A DNA stretch of 20,000 nt from Spirogloea muscicola (lineage: Eukaryota): contig WELB01000027.1 in NCBI GenBank assembly GCA_009602725.1, positions 448,785 through 468,784 of the forward strand, written 5' to 3'. The translations under genes were made by a program, and so were the position numbers. Each line of letters starts with the position of its first letter. The stretch's first letter is position 1. Shown piece by piece: positions 1 to 10,133 of this stretch. The notes beneath the pieces were generated by a model. It saw nothing but the letters and a program-made list of their open reading frames with translations. It was not told where the DNA came from and searched no databases.

Positions 1-184
1 GTGCAGGTGGTAACAAGGACCGTTGGAGCAGAAGATACGGTACCAGCTCTTGCATAACAGAGCTTGCTCAATTCGGGATAGTTCCTGCAAGTCAGTAGCC
101 ATCCCGCACTGAAAGAGGGGAGTAGCGCTCGTCACAAGAATATCAATGCAAGAAGCTGTGAGCAAGGCAGGCCACCCTTCTCAC

Positions 185-2438
185 CTCGCCGTAGCTGGCA
201 TGGCACCACTGTATGAGTAAAGACCGCATGCTCTCCTGATCCTCCGTGAGCCGCTCCAGGTCCTCCTGCCGCTGCTTCTGTGAGGCTGGGTCATGCTCCG
301 CCTCCCTGACCTGCAGACCGAGTGAAATCTTTGTTGCGGTCTTTTGCACAAGTTCGTCATTGCAGGAGCTTTTGCAACTCAGGCACGGGCAAAGTGGAGG
401 CAGCATCTCAGCAGTGCCATGCCTGTGTGATACTTGAGGCAATGGCGGACATTTCGATAAGGACTAGAGGCACGCGGGCACACCTGAAAGCCTTGCTCGC
501 GGCAGCTCGTCCGGAATGTGTCTGCCACTTTATGAAAGAGCGTCACGGTAAAGAGGCTGTATTCGTTGTCGTCACATACCTTCTTCGAGGACCTGGGGAC
601 CTGGTAAACAGTGGTGCAGCTAGCTTATGGGCCGCTGATTGTACCAACAGATCGAAGCCCTTGGTCTGCTCTTGCTCAATACTGAGCTGGCAGTAAGGGC
701 CAGCCCGTAAACTTGTGAAATCGTGGTACAACAGGGACTCAAACGCGTGACAAAACCTCGCCTCCACATACAAGCCGAGCGGGGTGACTGCTTACCACAA
801 AGTTGGACAAGGTCTCATACTTGGCAAGCCACTCCTTCTCGCTGTACTTGGGCACAATGATCAGCAGTGTCGTCAGGTGCTCTGACTGGATGATGTCATT
901 GGGGTCAACGACAGTTGAGAGGTCCCGCACCGCCATGCTGTTCCACAAGCCTGCGGGCGTCAGTCATCTTGAGCCCCAACTGCTGACATCAGAGATCACT
1001 TCCCGCTGCACCCAAAAGTCTGACTGGATGCACAATGTGCTTTCGTCGCTACCAGCTCTGATGAGGTCACAAGTTCCTCGTGCAGAGAAAGTACTCAGGA
1101 GGTAGAGTTCACAGACACAATTCAAAAGTAAACGTCCTGAGTAAGCAGCTATGCTTGGGCCACCTGAGGGCAGCGGGCTTGGTCTAGGCAGACTGGGTGT
1201 CACCTGCCGCCAGCCTTGCGGGTGATGGTGTTCAGCTGGGACCGTACTGTGTTGTACTCGGCAGCCCGAATCTGTGCACAAGCCCCAAAATGAGAAACGT
1301 CAAGCTCAGAGTAGAAAACCCCGTGCAAAACATCGTTCAGTATTGTGCCTCAGAGGCCTGAACCAGCGTCGGTCCCCACGTCAGGGGTCGGGCGAGTACT
1401 ACCTTGAGGTCGTCCTCCAGCTTGGCGACGCTCTCGTGGATCGTCTCCACTGTCTCGCGCAGCGAGTTCATGACAGGGTACTTGGCCTCATCCCACGCGA
1501 ACCTGCGACAAGCTCTCTGGTGGCGGTTCAGTGCCTCTGCATTCTGGATGGGGAAGCAGTAACCCAGATGAGGTAGGATGCGGAAAGGCTAGATCGCAGC
1601 CAACGAGAGAGCTTGTGCGCAGTGAGTAAGAGAGGCTGGTCGAACAGCATCCTGCTCCAAGGTCACCTGGTGAGGTACGACTCGATGGGCACGCCGTCAA
1701 CCGAAAGCGTGCCGGGCTCCACGCTGGCAGCCTTCTCCATGTCCTCGAGCTGACGCCGGATCTTGTGCACCACAGCCTCCACAAAGTTGTTGTTCTGCGA
1801 AGCAAACCCCCCGCCAGCAACATAAGCCTTCGCGGCGGCTGCACAGACGCGGGGGCGCAGGAGGGCCTTGGCAGTCCAGCGGAGGGCAGGCGCGGCGACG
1901 ACGGAGGCTGGAGCTTGCAGCGCGCAGCACCTTGACGAGGTCGTCGCTGAGCGCGAGTAAGGAGTCCAGAGTGCCGATGCGCAGCTCGGGGATCTGGAAC
2001 TGCCACAGGCACAGCCGGAGGCGTATCCGAGTCGCCGTCAGCGGCAGCTTCCCCTCTTGTGCAATCTCAGCCTGTGCTCGGCGACATTGCTAGCTCTGTC
2101 GGCCGGCCTTGGCATCGAGCGACAGGGAGACGCGGCCACACTCGGCGGACAGAGCAGACTCGAGCTGCAGACCGGCGACGGCTCTGCCAAGGGCCAGCTG
2201 ACCAGTCCCCAACGGCACAGCGAACGAGCACACACGCGGGTTGCAGCAGCGCCAGCGAGAGGCGCGGCCGCAATGGGCGGCGGCGGCAGCGGTGGCGGCA
2301 AAGGCGGCAGCGGCGGCGTGCCTTGAAGATCTGCGTCTCGAAGGAGAGCTTGGCGAGCTTGTCCTGCGCGGCGGCCCAGGTGGCTTCCCGGCCATCGCCC
2401 TGCAGCGGCAGCGAGACGAGCCAGTACACGCTCGGCAT
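185..2438 (-). CDS. VHA-C: V-type H+-ATPase subunit C (VHA-C/DET3 family), 3'-partial
   Basis: Exons 2438-2322, 1999-1931, 1794-1667, 1502-1403, 1271-1204, 937-796, 600-484 and 310-185 join in phase. They give MPSVYWLVSLP..FQIPELRIGTLDSLLALSDDLVK..VDGVPIESYLTRFAWDEAKYP..AVRDLS..SEHLTTLL..VVPRSSKK..LIQWCHASYGE, which is collinear with remembered Arabidopsis VHA-C. The last exon(s) lie beyond position 1. Confidence 0.96.
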
Positions 2439-2582
2439 CTGCCAAGCGACGCAGCCGGGGGGGTGTGAGCGTCAGCCGTCAGCCAGCCGCCTCTCCGCCG
2501 CCGCCGCCGCCGCCGCCATGGGAGGCGCGCTCGCTCGGCGCGACTGCGGCGGGCAGAGGGCTCTCGGCGCGGGTCTGCGGAC
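2439..2582 (-). other. Probable 5'-UTR intron of VHA-C ending directly at the ATG
   Basis: On the minus strand there is a donor GAG|GTCCGC at 2582, a CTGAC branch-like motif about 35 nt upstream of the acceptor, and TTGGCAG|ATG at 2439/2438. The upstream exon has an in-frame TGA, so it is non-coding. Confidence 0.6.
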
Positions 2583-2779
2583 CTCGCCGGCGCCAAGCAG
2601 GGGCCGCGATCAACACAGCGCTGCCCTCAGCGCCTCAGCCGCCGCCGCTTCTGCCGCCGCCGCCGCCGCCGCCGCCGCCGCCTCCTCCACGCTGATCAGC
2701 GCAGGCACGACGCGGCGACGGCGGCGGCAACGACGGCAGCGGCGGCGGCGGGCGGCGGCATGGCCGCCGCTGCGCAGCG

Positions 2780-3397
2780 CGGCAGGGCCAGCTCCCGGGC
2801 GCCAAGTGATAATGGCCCGGCCTCGGCTCTTAAGTGAAAGCCATCTCGGGAGCCCGTCTCGCGCCCCGACGGCGAATGGTGGGGCGAGCGCCCCCTTCTG
2901 CCGTCTCGGACGGTGGGCGGGACGCCGGGCCGGTAACCGTCAATTACCGCCTTAATTGCTCCGTCGTTAAGCCGGCGGGCCTCAATGATGGGCGCTGACG
3001 GCAGGAAGGGGGGCCCGGCCTCCGACGACTAACTGGGCCCAAACGGGCCGGCTAACTGGGACTTGACGGCAGGGAGCAGCGGGGGGTTAAGGGGGTTAAC
3101 TGATGCACCCTCCCCAGCCACCGGGGGGTTTAGGATTTAGCGGAACGGGGCGACCCAGGCTGCCTTGGAGCGGCATATGTCCACACTTCTGATTTTTCCA
3201 GATTCAGGTGTCGGCAGTACATGCCTCCGAAGGCAGCCTGAAATGGGGTTTGTATTAAGCGACGGAAGGCCAAGTACAACGGCCAAGTACAACGGCAAGC
3301 ACATTAATAGATATACATCACCTGCTGCTAAGCCTGAGGGAAAAAGTATTTACATATTTCTTGGCGGCCGCCGCCGCCGCGCCGCCGCCCCGTGGTC
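2780..3397. promoter_or_regulatory. Divergent promoter region between VHA-C and the EMB2759-like gene
   Basis: It lies between head-to-head genes and contains TGGGCC (site II-like, 3034-3039), GGGTTTAGG (telo-box-like, ~3126-3134) and an AT-rich patch at ~3300-3360. Confidence 0.55.
3268..3299 (+). repeat. 13-bp tandem repeat (GGCCAAGTACAAC x2 plus partial)
   Basis: Exact copies at 3268-3280 and 3281-3293, followed by GGCAAG. Confidence 0.85.
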
Positions 3398-5126
3398 ATG
3401 GCGGCCNNNNNNNNNNNNNNNNNNNNNNNNNNNNNNNNNNNNNNNNNNNNNNNNNNNNNNNNNNNNNNNNNNNNNNNNNNNNNNNNNNNNNNNNNNNNNN
3501 NNNNNNNNNNNNNNNNNNNNNNNNNNNNNNNNNNNNNNNNNNNNNNNNNNNNNNNNNNNNNNNNNNNNNNNNNNNNNNNNNNNNNNNNNNNNNNNNNNNN
3601 NNNNNNNNNNNNNNNNNNNNNNNNNNNNNNNNNNNNNNNNNNNNNNNNNNNNNNNNNNNNNNNNNNNNNNNNNNNNNNNNNNNNNNNNNNNNNNNNNNNN
3701 NNNNNNNNNNNNNNNNNNNNNNNNNNNNNNNNNNNNNNNNNNNNNNNNNNNNNNNNNNNNNNNNNNNNNNNNNNNNNNNNNNNNNNNNNNNNNNNNNNNN
3801 NNNNNNNNNNNNNNNNNNNNNNNNNNNNNNNNNNNNNNNNNNNNNNNNNNNNNNNNNNNNNNNNNNNNNNNNNNNNNNNNNNNNNNNNNNNNNNNNNNNN
3901 NNNNNNNNNNNNNNNNNNNNNNNNNNNNNNNNNNNNNNNNNNNNNNNNNNNNNNNNNNNNNNNNNNNNNNNNNNNNNNNNNNNNNNNNNNNNNNNNNNNN
4001 NNNNNNNNNNNNNNNNNNNNNNNNNNNNNNNNNNNNNNNNNNNNNNNNNNNNNNNNNNNNNNNNNNNNNNNNNNNNNNNNNNNNNNNNNNNNNNNNNNNN
4101 NNNNNNNNNNNNNNNNNNNNNNNNNNNNNNNNNNNNNNNNNNNNNNNNNNNNNNNNNNNNNNNNNNNNNNNNNNNNNNNNNNNNNNNNNNNNNNNNNNAG
4201 GCCGCCGCGGGAGCCGTGCGGGACGAGGAGGCGAGGCGGCGGGCGGCGGGCTCGACGGCGCTCTCCGTCCTGCGCGCCGGCGAGGCGATCGGCGCCTGGT
4301 GGCGGTCGGCCGAGCCGTGGACCAAGTGGCCGGTCGCTGTCTTGTGAGCGCGACTTCCTGACCCGCCTGCCAACCTCAGTGGCTGCCAGATGTCACTTGT
4401 ATTGCCAGCTGTAAATTCTCATAACCATTTGCAGGAGCACTCTCAACCGCAGCAGCGTCCAGGTGTGCAGGCAAGGCTGCACACCTGACAGCCACTGCCG
4501 CTGAGTGATTGCTGGGCTCTGCGTCTGCTAGCGTGGCCTGCGAGAGGTTCTCGTTAGACGGCTACGCTCCTCTGAAGCAGTGTACTTACTTAGTTGCAGA
4601 GTCGATGGCGATGTGTCCCACTGACTCCATGACCCCGTCTTTGTCGTGCAGCGTCCCTTGGCTTTGCGCTGTTGTGCTGGTCTTCGGTCCTCACATGGCG
4701 CGCGACCTGATGCCGCTCTGGCTCCTGGGGCCTCTCCTGACCTCCGTCGCCATCCACCGCGGCATCACCGCCGCTTCCGCTGGCCAGCGCGTCCTGAGCG
4801 CGGCGTATCGGGCCGGCAACCAGGGCGCCCACCGGGCTGCGGGGCTCGTTGCGGACGTGCGGAGCGGGAGGCTCGCCGAGGCCGCGCAGGGCAAGCGTGC
4901 GGAGCTGGCGAGGAGAAAGGACGAGGTTGTGGGTCTGCTCGCAGCACGGCGCGAGGGCCTGGTGCACTCTGCTGAGAGTGGTGAGCTGGCAGATATCGCG
5001 CGTGCCGCAGCGGAGGCGCGCTTCCAGCGGCTGCTTGACTGGCTCCAAGACGTGTACGGCGACCTCGACGACTGGTGGCGGCCACGGCGGCGCAGCCTCA
5101 CCCGCCTCCTTCAGAAGCTGTTTTGA
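3398..5126 (+). CDS. Plant-specific membrane protein, EMB2759 (At5g63050)-like; N-terminus mostly inside an assembly gap
   Basis: Candidate ATG at 3398 after a GCC tract. The exon ending at 4343 (TT|GTGAGC) joins exon 4652-5126 in phase, giving WWRSAEPWTKWPVAVFVPWLCAVVLVFGPHMARDLMPLWLLGPLL..LLDWLQDVYGDLDDWWRPRRRSLTRLLQKLF*. This resembles the remembered EMB2759 motif (IFIP..YG..SKELTPLW.FGPL) and C-terminus. The family call is from memory. Confidence 0.6.
3407..4198. other. Assembly gap (N run)
   Basis: Continuous Ns. Confidence 1.
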
Positions 5127-5691
5127 GCTTGGCCGCTTGAACGCCAAGTGCCACTATGCGCTTTGAATACAAGAGCATCACGTTCACCTGCAAGATTGTT
5201 GCACAGACTCAGCCAGTCGCCGTCCTGCAACTGCTTGAGCCACATTGGCACATGTTGCCCTGCATCTAAGAACAGCGACAGGCGCTTTTGACACAGAGCA
5301 CCTGCTGCAAATTACAGCAGCAGGGGCTCAGCAGCTAGCAGAGCACCTTTTCCCCTCCATCGGCAGGGCCCTGGCGCTAGCGCCGGCAGGAAGCTGCCAG
5401 CCCTCTACTTGCAACCATTGTTGCAGACGCGACACAGTGAGCTACGACATTCTTTCATAGATGCTGTATGCAGGGGCAGCCTGTTAGTAACGACTTCCTA
5501 TTCACCCATGATTCGCCTCTTTCTTTGTTGCCATCTTCTCCTGCCCTTCTCACATGCAGAGGTCGTTGCACTCCCGACAATGACATATTCAGACAGCAAG
5601 TTTTAGAGGAAAACTCTGAGCACTTGCTCACAATTTCAAGGAGCGGCAGACACAGTAGGTGAGAGACAATCTATTGTGCTCCAAGCTGGCC

Positions 5692-8600
5692 TCACGATTG
5701 CATGTACTCTCGGACGTTCTGGGTCACCTGCTCCAGAAAAGCGACGAAGCCCGTGCCCCCCCCAGAGCTTGCCCCGTCCACATCCTGCTCCTCAATCAGA
5801 AAGCGCTCAAATGGTCTCGCATCGTCGTGTCCGCTGCGTATCATATGCAGCTTGGGTGTGACGCTGCGGTCCTGCTTCAGCTGATTGATCGTATTACGGA
5901 GCAGACCTGGGCAGGATCCACGAGCGAGCCAGCAGTAAGTAACAAGAAGTGCAAGCTTGGTGCAGACATTCTTGCTAGGAAGCTGAAACTGAGCACGGCT
6001 GTGTTATAGAAGCCCTCGTCGTTGTCAGACAAGAGAAGCTGCCTGTTATCAATTGTGGTGCAAGTTAGTGTGCATCCGAGCATATGTAATCTCGACCTTG
6101 TGCACTTGCCTCCTGCATATTCAGAGGAGTGAAGCAGCACTTACTATCATGTGGTGGTGGGAAGGGCATGTCGGCCGTCGCTGATGGTGCATAGTAGACA
6201 ATGAGCGTTGTGAAGGCATCGAGCAGGAAGATCGGACTGCCACTGGTAACAAGAGCGGCGCGGGAGAGGGAATGGCGAGGGAATGCCGGCTTGTCTGGGG
6301 ATGCGAAGGACGAGAGCACAGGGTAGACTGCCCGTAGTAGGGACGCTGGGTCCAGGGCACTGCTCGGCAAAGAAGCAGGGCAGCATGGCCATGTCAACAT
6401 CAAAATCATTGAGAACTTTTGCCCCTGGCCTTAGTTCATCATGATTTCTATTCCAAGGTTAGCATTGGGTATTATAACATTCTCAGCACCAATGAATAAC
6501 TCCTTCTGAAGCACATTCGGAATAATCACTGTGTCCATTGAAAGGGCTGAGCAAACGCGACGTTCACCTGTAGAGGCACTGGAGGTAAGTGCGGACGTCT
6601 GAGTGAACGCCCTCGGCACTCATCTGGAGGAGCGGGGAGCGGAGCAGCCCAAAGACGAGGCGGGGCATGGGCTGCAGCGGCGGGCACTGCAGGAAGGACG
6701 CATCCAGCAGCCCATATGAAGCTGCATTGCCGCTCTGCGCCAGCTGATAATGTTCATTGTAATTAGCAGTAAGGATGACCAGCCAATCATTGAGCAGCAG
6801 TCGTCCCTCCTTCACGCCTTGCTCCAGCGACGCCTGGATGATCTGCAGGCATAAGGACACCAATCGAGGTCTGTCAGAGCTTACTAAGTCATGGCCCATG
6901 AGGACAAGCAATGTGCGCAAACGCATTTAAGGATTAATCAAAAAGCAAGCATAACGACCTGGCCCCCTATCTCACAATGGCAGCTTGAGTTGTGGCCTTG
7001 CCTTGTGAGTGAGGAGCGAGAGGGTGGACTCCGGGTCGGCGGCCTCGAAGAGCTCGGCGGGGCTATTGGCAACGCCTACGCGCAGCGTGCGCAAACGCAG
7101 CCGCCGCCGCAGCACGTGCCGGATGCGCCTGCGGCGCGGTGTCACCGGGGAGCCACCAGCAGGCCTCCAGCGACTTGCCTCCACGTTTGATTCACCACTG
7201 TCCTCATCATCCTCAGCTATCGGCAGCATCACTGTGTACTGAAAGGCTAGCTGCAGAATCGGCTGCACCAGCGGGATCCTGCGCACCACTGAGGTCTGGA
7301 TAAGTAACAATGGCGAATAGAAAGGATACTGCTGGGCAATGACCTGCACATTAACATAAGCCATAAAGTCTAGCACTTACTCCAGTAAGTCTTACCTCAT
7401 CCAAATGTCACATGTTTATTTCTTAGGACCACATGTGGCCCTGGACTCTATGAGTACTGTGGGATTCAGTTTCAATATTGACAGTGTCGCAAGCATGTTG
7501 CAGTCATGGCCTTTAGTACAAGGTTCATCTACTTGTCTACACTAGAAGTCCGGCACGATGGGTGCAGGATGCAACAACAGCGACACTGCGTACTTCTCCC
7601 GGGGCTTGCCAAATTGTGCCGGCGTCCAGCGGCTGAAGCCATTGTTACTTGTGAACTCGAAATCGAAAGCAAATGTGTCAAAGGGGTCGCAGGAGATGAC
7701 ATGCTGCACGCTCTCATACTGCGCGTCTTCAAAGAAGTGGCCATACGCCTTGGCCACACGAAACTCGGGCGTGGTGCGCAGGCGCAGAATGCCGCCGATG
7801 GCATGCGGTCGCGAGAGCAGGCGATAGCTGGCATCAGCAGACAGACGCCGCTGATTCAGGATGTCAGTGCAGCAATAGCATTTCAGCGCACATGGATGCA
7901 ATATAAATGAAATAGTCAAGCCATGACGCGATACATAATACAAAGTGTGACATGAAGTGAGTAAGGACACAGCAAGGCAAAGACTGAAGAGCTCAGAAGC
8001 GAGAGGGGCCGGTGGGCAATGGTGGTGAGGCACGGGCGGCGGCAGCGAGGCGGCGGTGCCAGTGAGGCGACGACGGTGGCGACGGCTATGAGGAGGCCGA
8101 GGGATCGTGGCTCACAGGTCCTGTGGGAGCGTGGATTCCTCGGTGCTGCCATAGAGGAGGACGTGGCCGCCACTCTCGAGGCTCAGCGGCTTGAGCGCCG
8201 CCAGGCCCACGGGCTCGGTGCTCACGACGACGAGGTCAATGCAGACGCCGGCCTGGACCGACTGCGCGGCCAGGTCGGCATAGAAACCTGCTGGCACAGT
8301 GGCTGCCGCTGCCAGGGGCGAGTCATCGCCACCCTCCCCGTCATGTAGGCGGCCCGAGTCGCCATGGCTGCTGCGGCCGTCCAGCTGGCCCAGGCCGTAG
8401 TCGGGCGGCCCGGACAGGAAGGCGAAGATGCGCGCGCTCACGAACGTGCTGCCGCCGTCGGCGCCAAGGTACTTGAGCAGCGCCTCCATGGCCGCCCCGA
8501 AGCCCCGCCCGCCACTGCCGCCGGCCGTAGCCGTGCTGTGTGCCGCCGCCCTGTCGGTGCCGCCACCGCCTCCAGTCTGCCGCTCCCAAGAGCTCAGGGG

Positions 8601-9703
8601 CCGCAGCGTCTCCAGCGCGCCCGCGATGTGCTCCTTGTTGGCACCGACCGGCGCGAGCAGCGCCTCCAGCGGCAGCACGTCCTCGAGGTCGAGCGCGATG
8701 CCTGCGCCCGCAGCCTGCGGTGGGATGGCCACGCTCTTGACGACGGGCACGCCGCCGCCTTGGACATCGTACAGCCCGAGCTTGGGGCCGAACGTGGCGA
8801 GACCGAAGAGCGCCGATGGGCTGAGAGCCTCCAGCGTCGCCAGCAACGAGCTCTTGACGAGCTCCAGAAAGTCCTCCGTTGCTGGAAGCACGCCAACCGC
8901 CGGCGAGCAATGCAAGTGTCAGTCGTCGCAAGGAGGGTGGAGGGAGGAGTACTAAGTACTGTGGGCCTTACTTTGTACATAAGGCTTCAATTTCTCTTAA
9001 GTCTTGATTGATTCTTGATGATTTTGAGGCCTCTGAGAGGGTTGGGGCTAAGCGTTGAGGCCACAATATGGACTGGAGCAGCTGTGAGAGCTGCACCAGG
9101 GAGGCGGGAGGAGGGGCAGGGGGGCACGAGAGTACAGGAGAGGTCGATGGCGGCGATGTACACGGGCCGCGTGTAGATGTCGCCTCCGCTGGCGCCGCCG
9201 CCGCCGCCGGCGGCGTCGTCTGCCGCAACGTCCAGCTCAACGAGGCTGTTACGGAGCTCCTCGCAAGCGGCGAGGCGGTCGCGCGAGCCGTAGCGCTGGA
9301 GCTGCGCGTCGCTGAAGGTGTTGTCGGTGTCGCACAGGGAGCACCGCCACGCGAACCGCTCGATCTGCGGCAGCCGCCTGCCTTCAGTCTTCGAGAGTGC
9401 AGCGTGCGCGACGGCGGCGGCGGCGGCGGCGGCGTTGGCGGCGGCAGCTTGAATTTCAGGCTTGGGGTTTGGGGTTTAGGAAGCTTACGGTGCAGCAGCC
9501 GTTGATGTAGGCGAAGCACTCCTCGCAGCGCGCGACGAGGTCGGCGTCCGTGAGGCGCGCCGGCGCCGCCGCCGGCGACGGCGGCGGCGGCTCGATGGTG
9601 GCTGCGGCGGCAAAGGGCTGGACGACGCAGCCCCAGGGGAGGCCCACGGCGTCCTTGAGCGCGGCGTCGCACGGGAATAGCTTGCTGGTCAACCGCACCG
9701 CCA

Positions 9704-9704
<1 letters not shown>
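5692..9704 (-). CDS. SEC23D: Sec23/Sec24 COPII-family protein, SEC23D (At2g27460)-type: Zn finger, vWA trunk, beta-sandwich, helical and gelsolin-like domains
   Basis: Exons 9704-9489, 9364-9136, 8881-8116, 7827-7594, 7278-7002, 6842-6568, 6359-6145 and 5906-5692 are all phase-consistent. Motifs include MAVR..GLPWG..RCEECFAYIN..WRCSLC, RPVYIAAIDLSS, GGRGFGAAMEALL, FLSGPPDYGLGQLD, STLPQDL, LIEEQDVDG and GFVAFLEQVTQNVREYMQS*. Confidence 0.93.
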
Positions 9705-9736
<32 letters not shown>

Positions 9737-9750
9737 CGGCGGCGGCGGCG
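9705..9750. repeat. (GCC)n tract immediately upstream of the SEC23D ATG
   Basis: About 15 GGC units on the + strand with one interruption, abutting the gap. Confidence 0.9.
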
Positions 9751-10133
9751 NNNNNNNNNNNNNNNNNNNNNNNNNNNNNNNNNNNNNNNNNNNNNNNNNN
9801 NNNNNNNNNNNNNNNNNNNNNNNNNNNNNNNNNNNNNNNNNNNNNNNNNNNNNNNNNNNNNNNNNNNNNNNNNNNNNNNNNNNNNNNNNNNNNNNNNNNN
9901 NNNNNNNNNNNNNNNNNNNNNNNNNNNNNNNNNNNNNNNNNNNNNNNNNNNNNNNNNNNNNNNNNNNNNNNNNNNNNNNNNNNNNNNNNNNNNNNNNNNN
10001 NNNNNNNNNNNNNNNNNNNNNNNNNNNNNNNNNNNNNNNNNNNNNNNNNNNNNNNNNNNNNNNNNNNNNNNNNNNNNNNNNNNNNNNNNNNNNNNNNNNN
10101 NNNNNNNNNNNNNNNNNNNNNNNNNNNNNNNNN
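9751..10133. other. Assembly gap (N run) covering the SEC23D/DUF819 divergent promoter
   Basis: Continuous Ns. Confidence 1.

Noticed and set aside
1..84. Open minus-strand frame after TTGCAG as the next VHA-C exon
   Set aside because: The translation (ELSRIEQALL..) does not match the expected VFSSWMH motif, so it is probably intron.
2937..2950. CCGTCAATTACCGC resembling SSU rRNA primer sites
   Set aside because: Short coincidental match with no rRNA context.
2518..2955. Plus-strand ORF with a perfect GCCGCCATGG context
   Set aside because: It encodes a low-complexity Ala/Arg peptide, antisense to the VHA-C 5'-UTR and intron, and is explained by the GCC repeats.
3165..4414. Long ORFs spanning N gaps (also 8968-10743)
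   Set aside because: They are open only because Ns translate as X.
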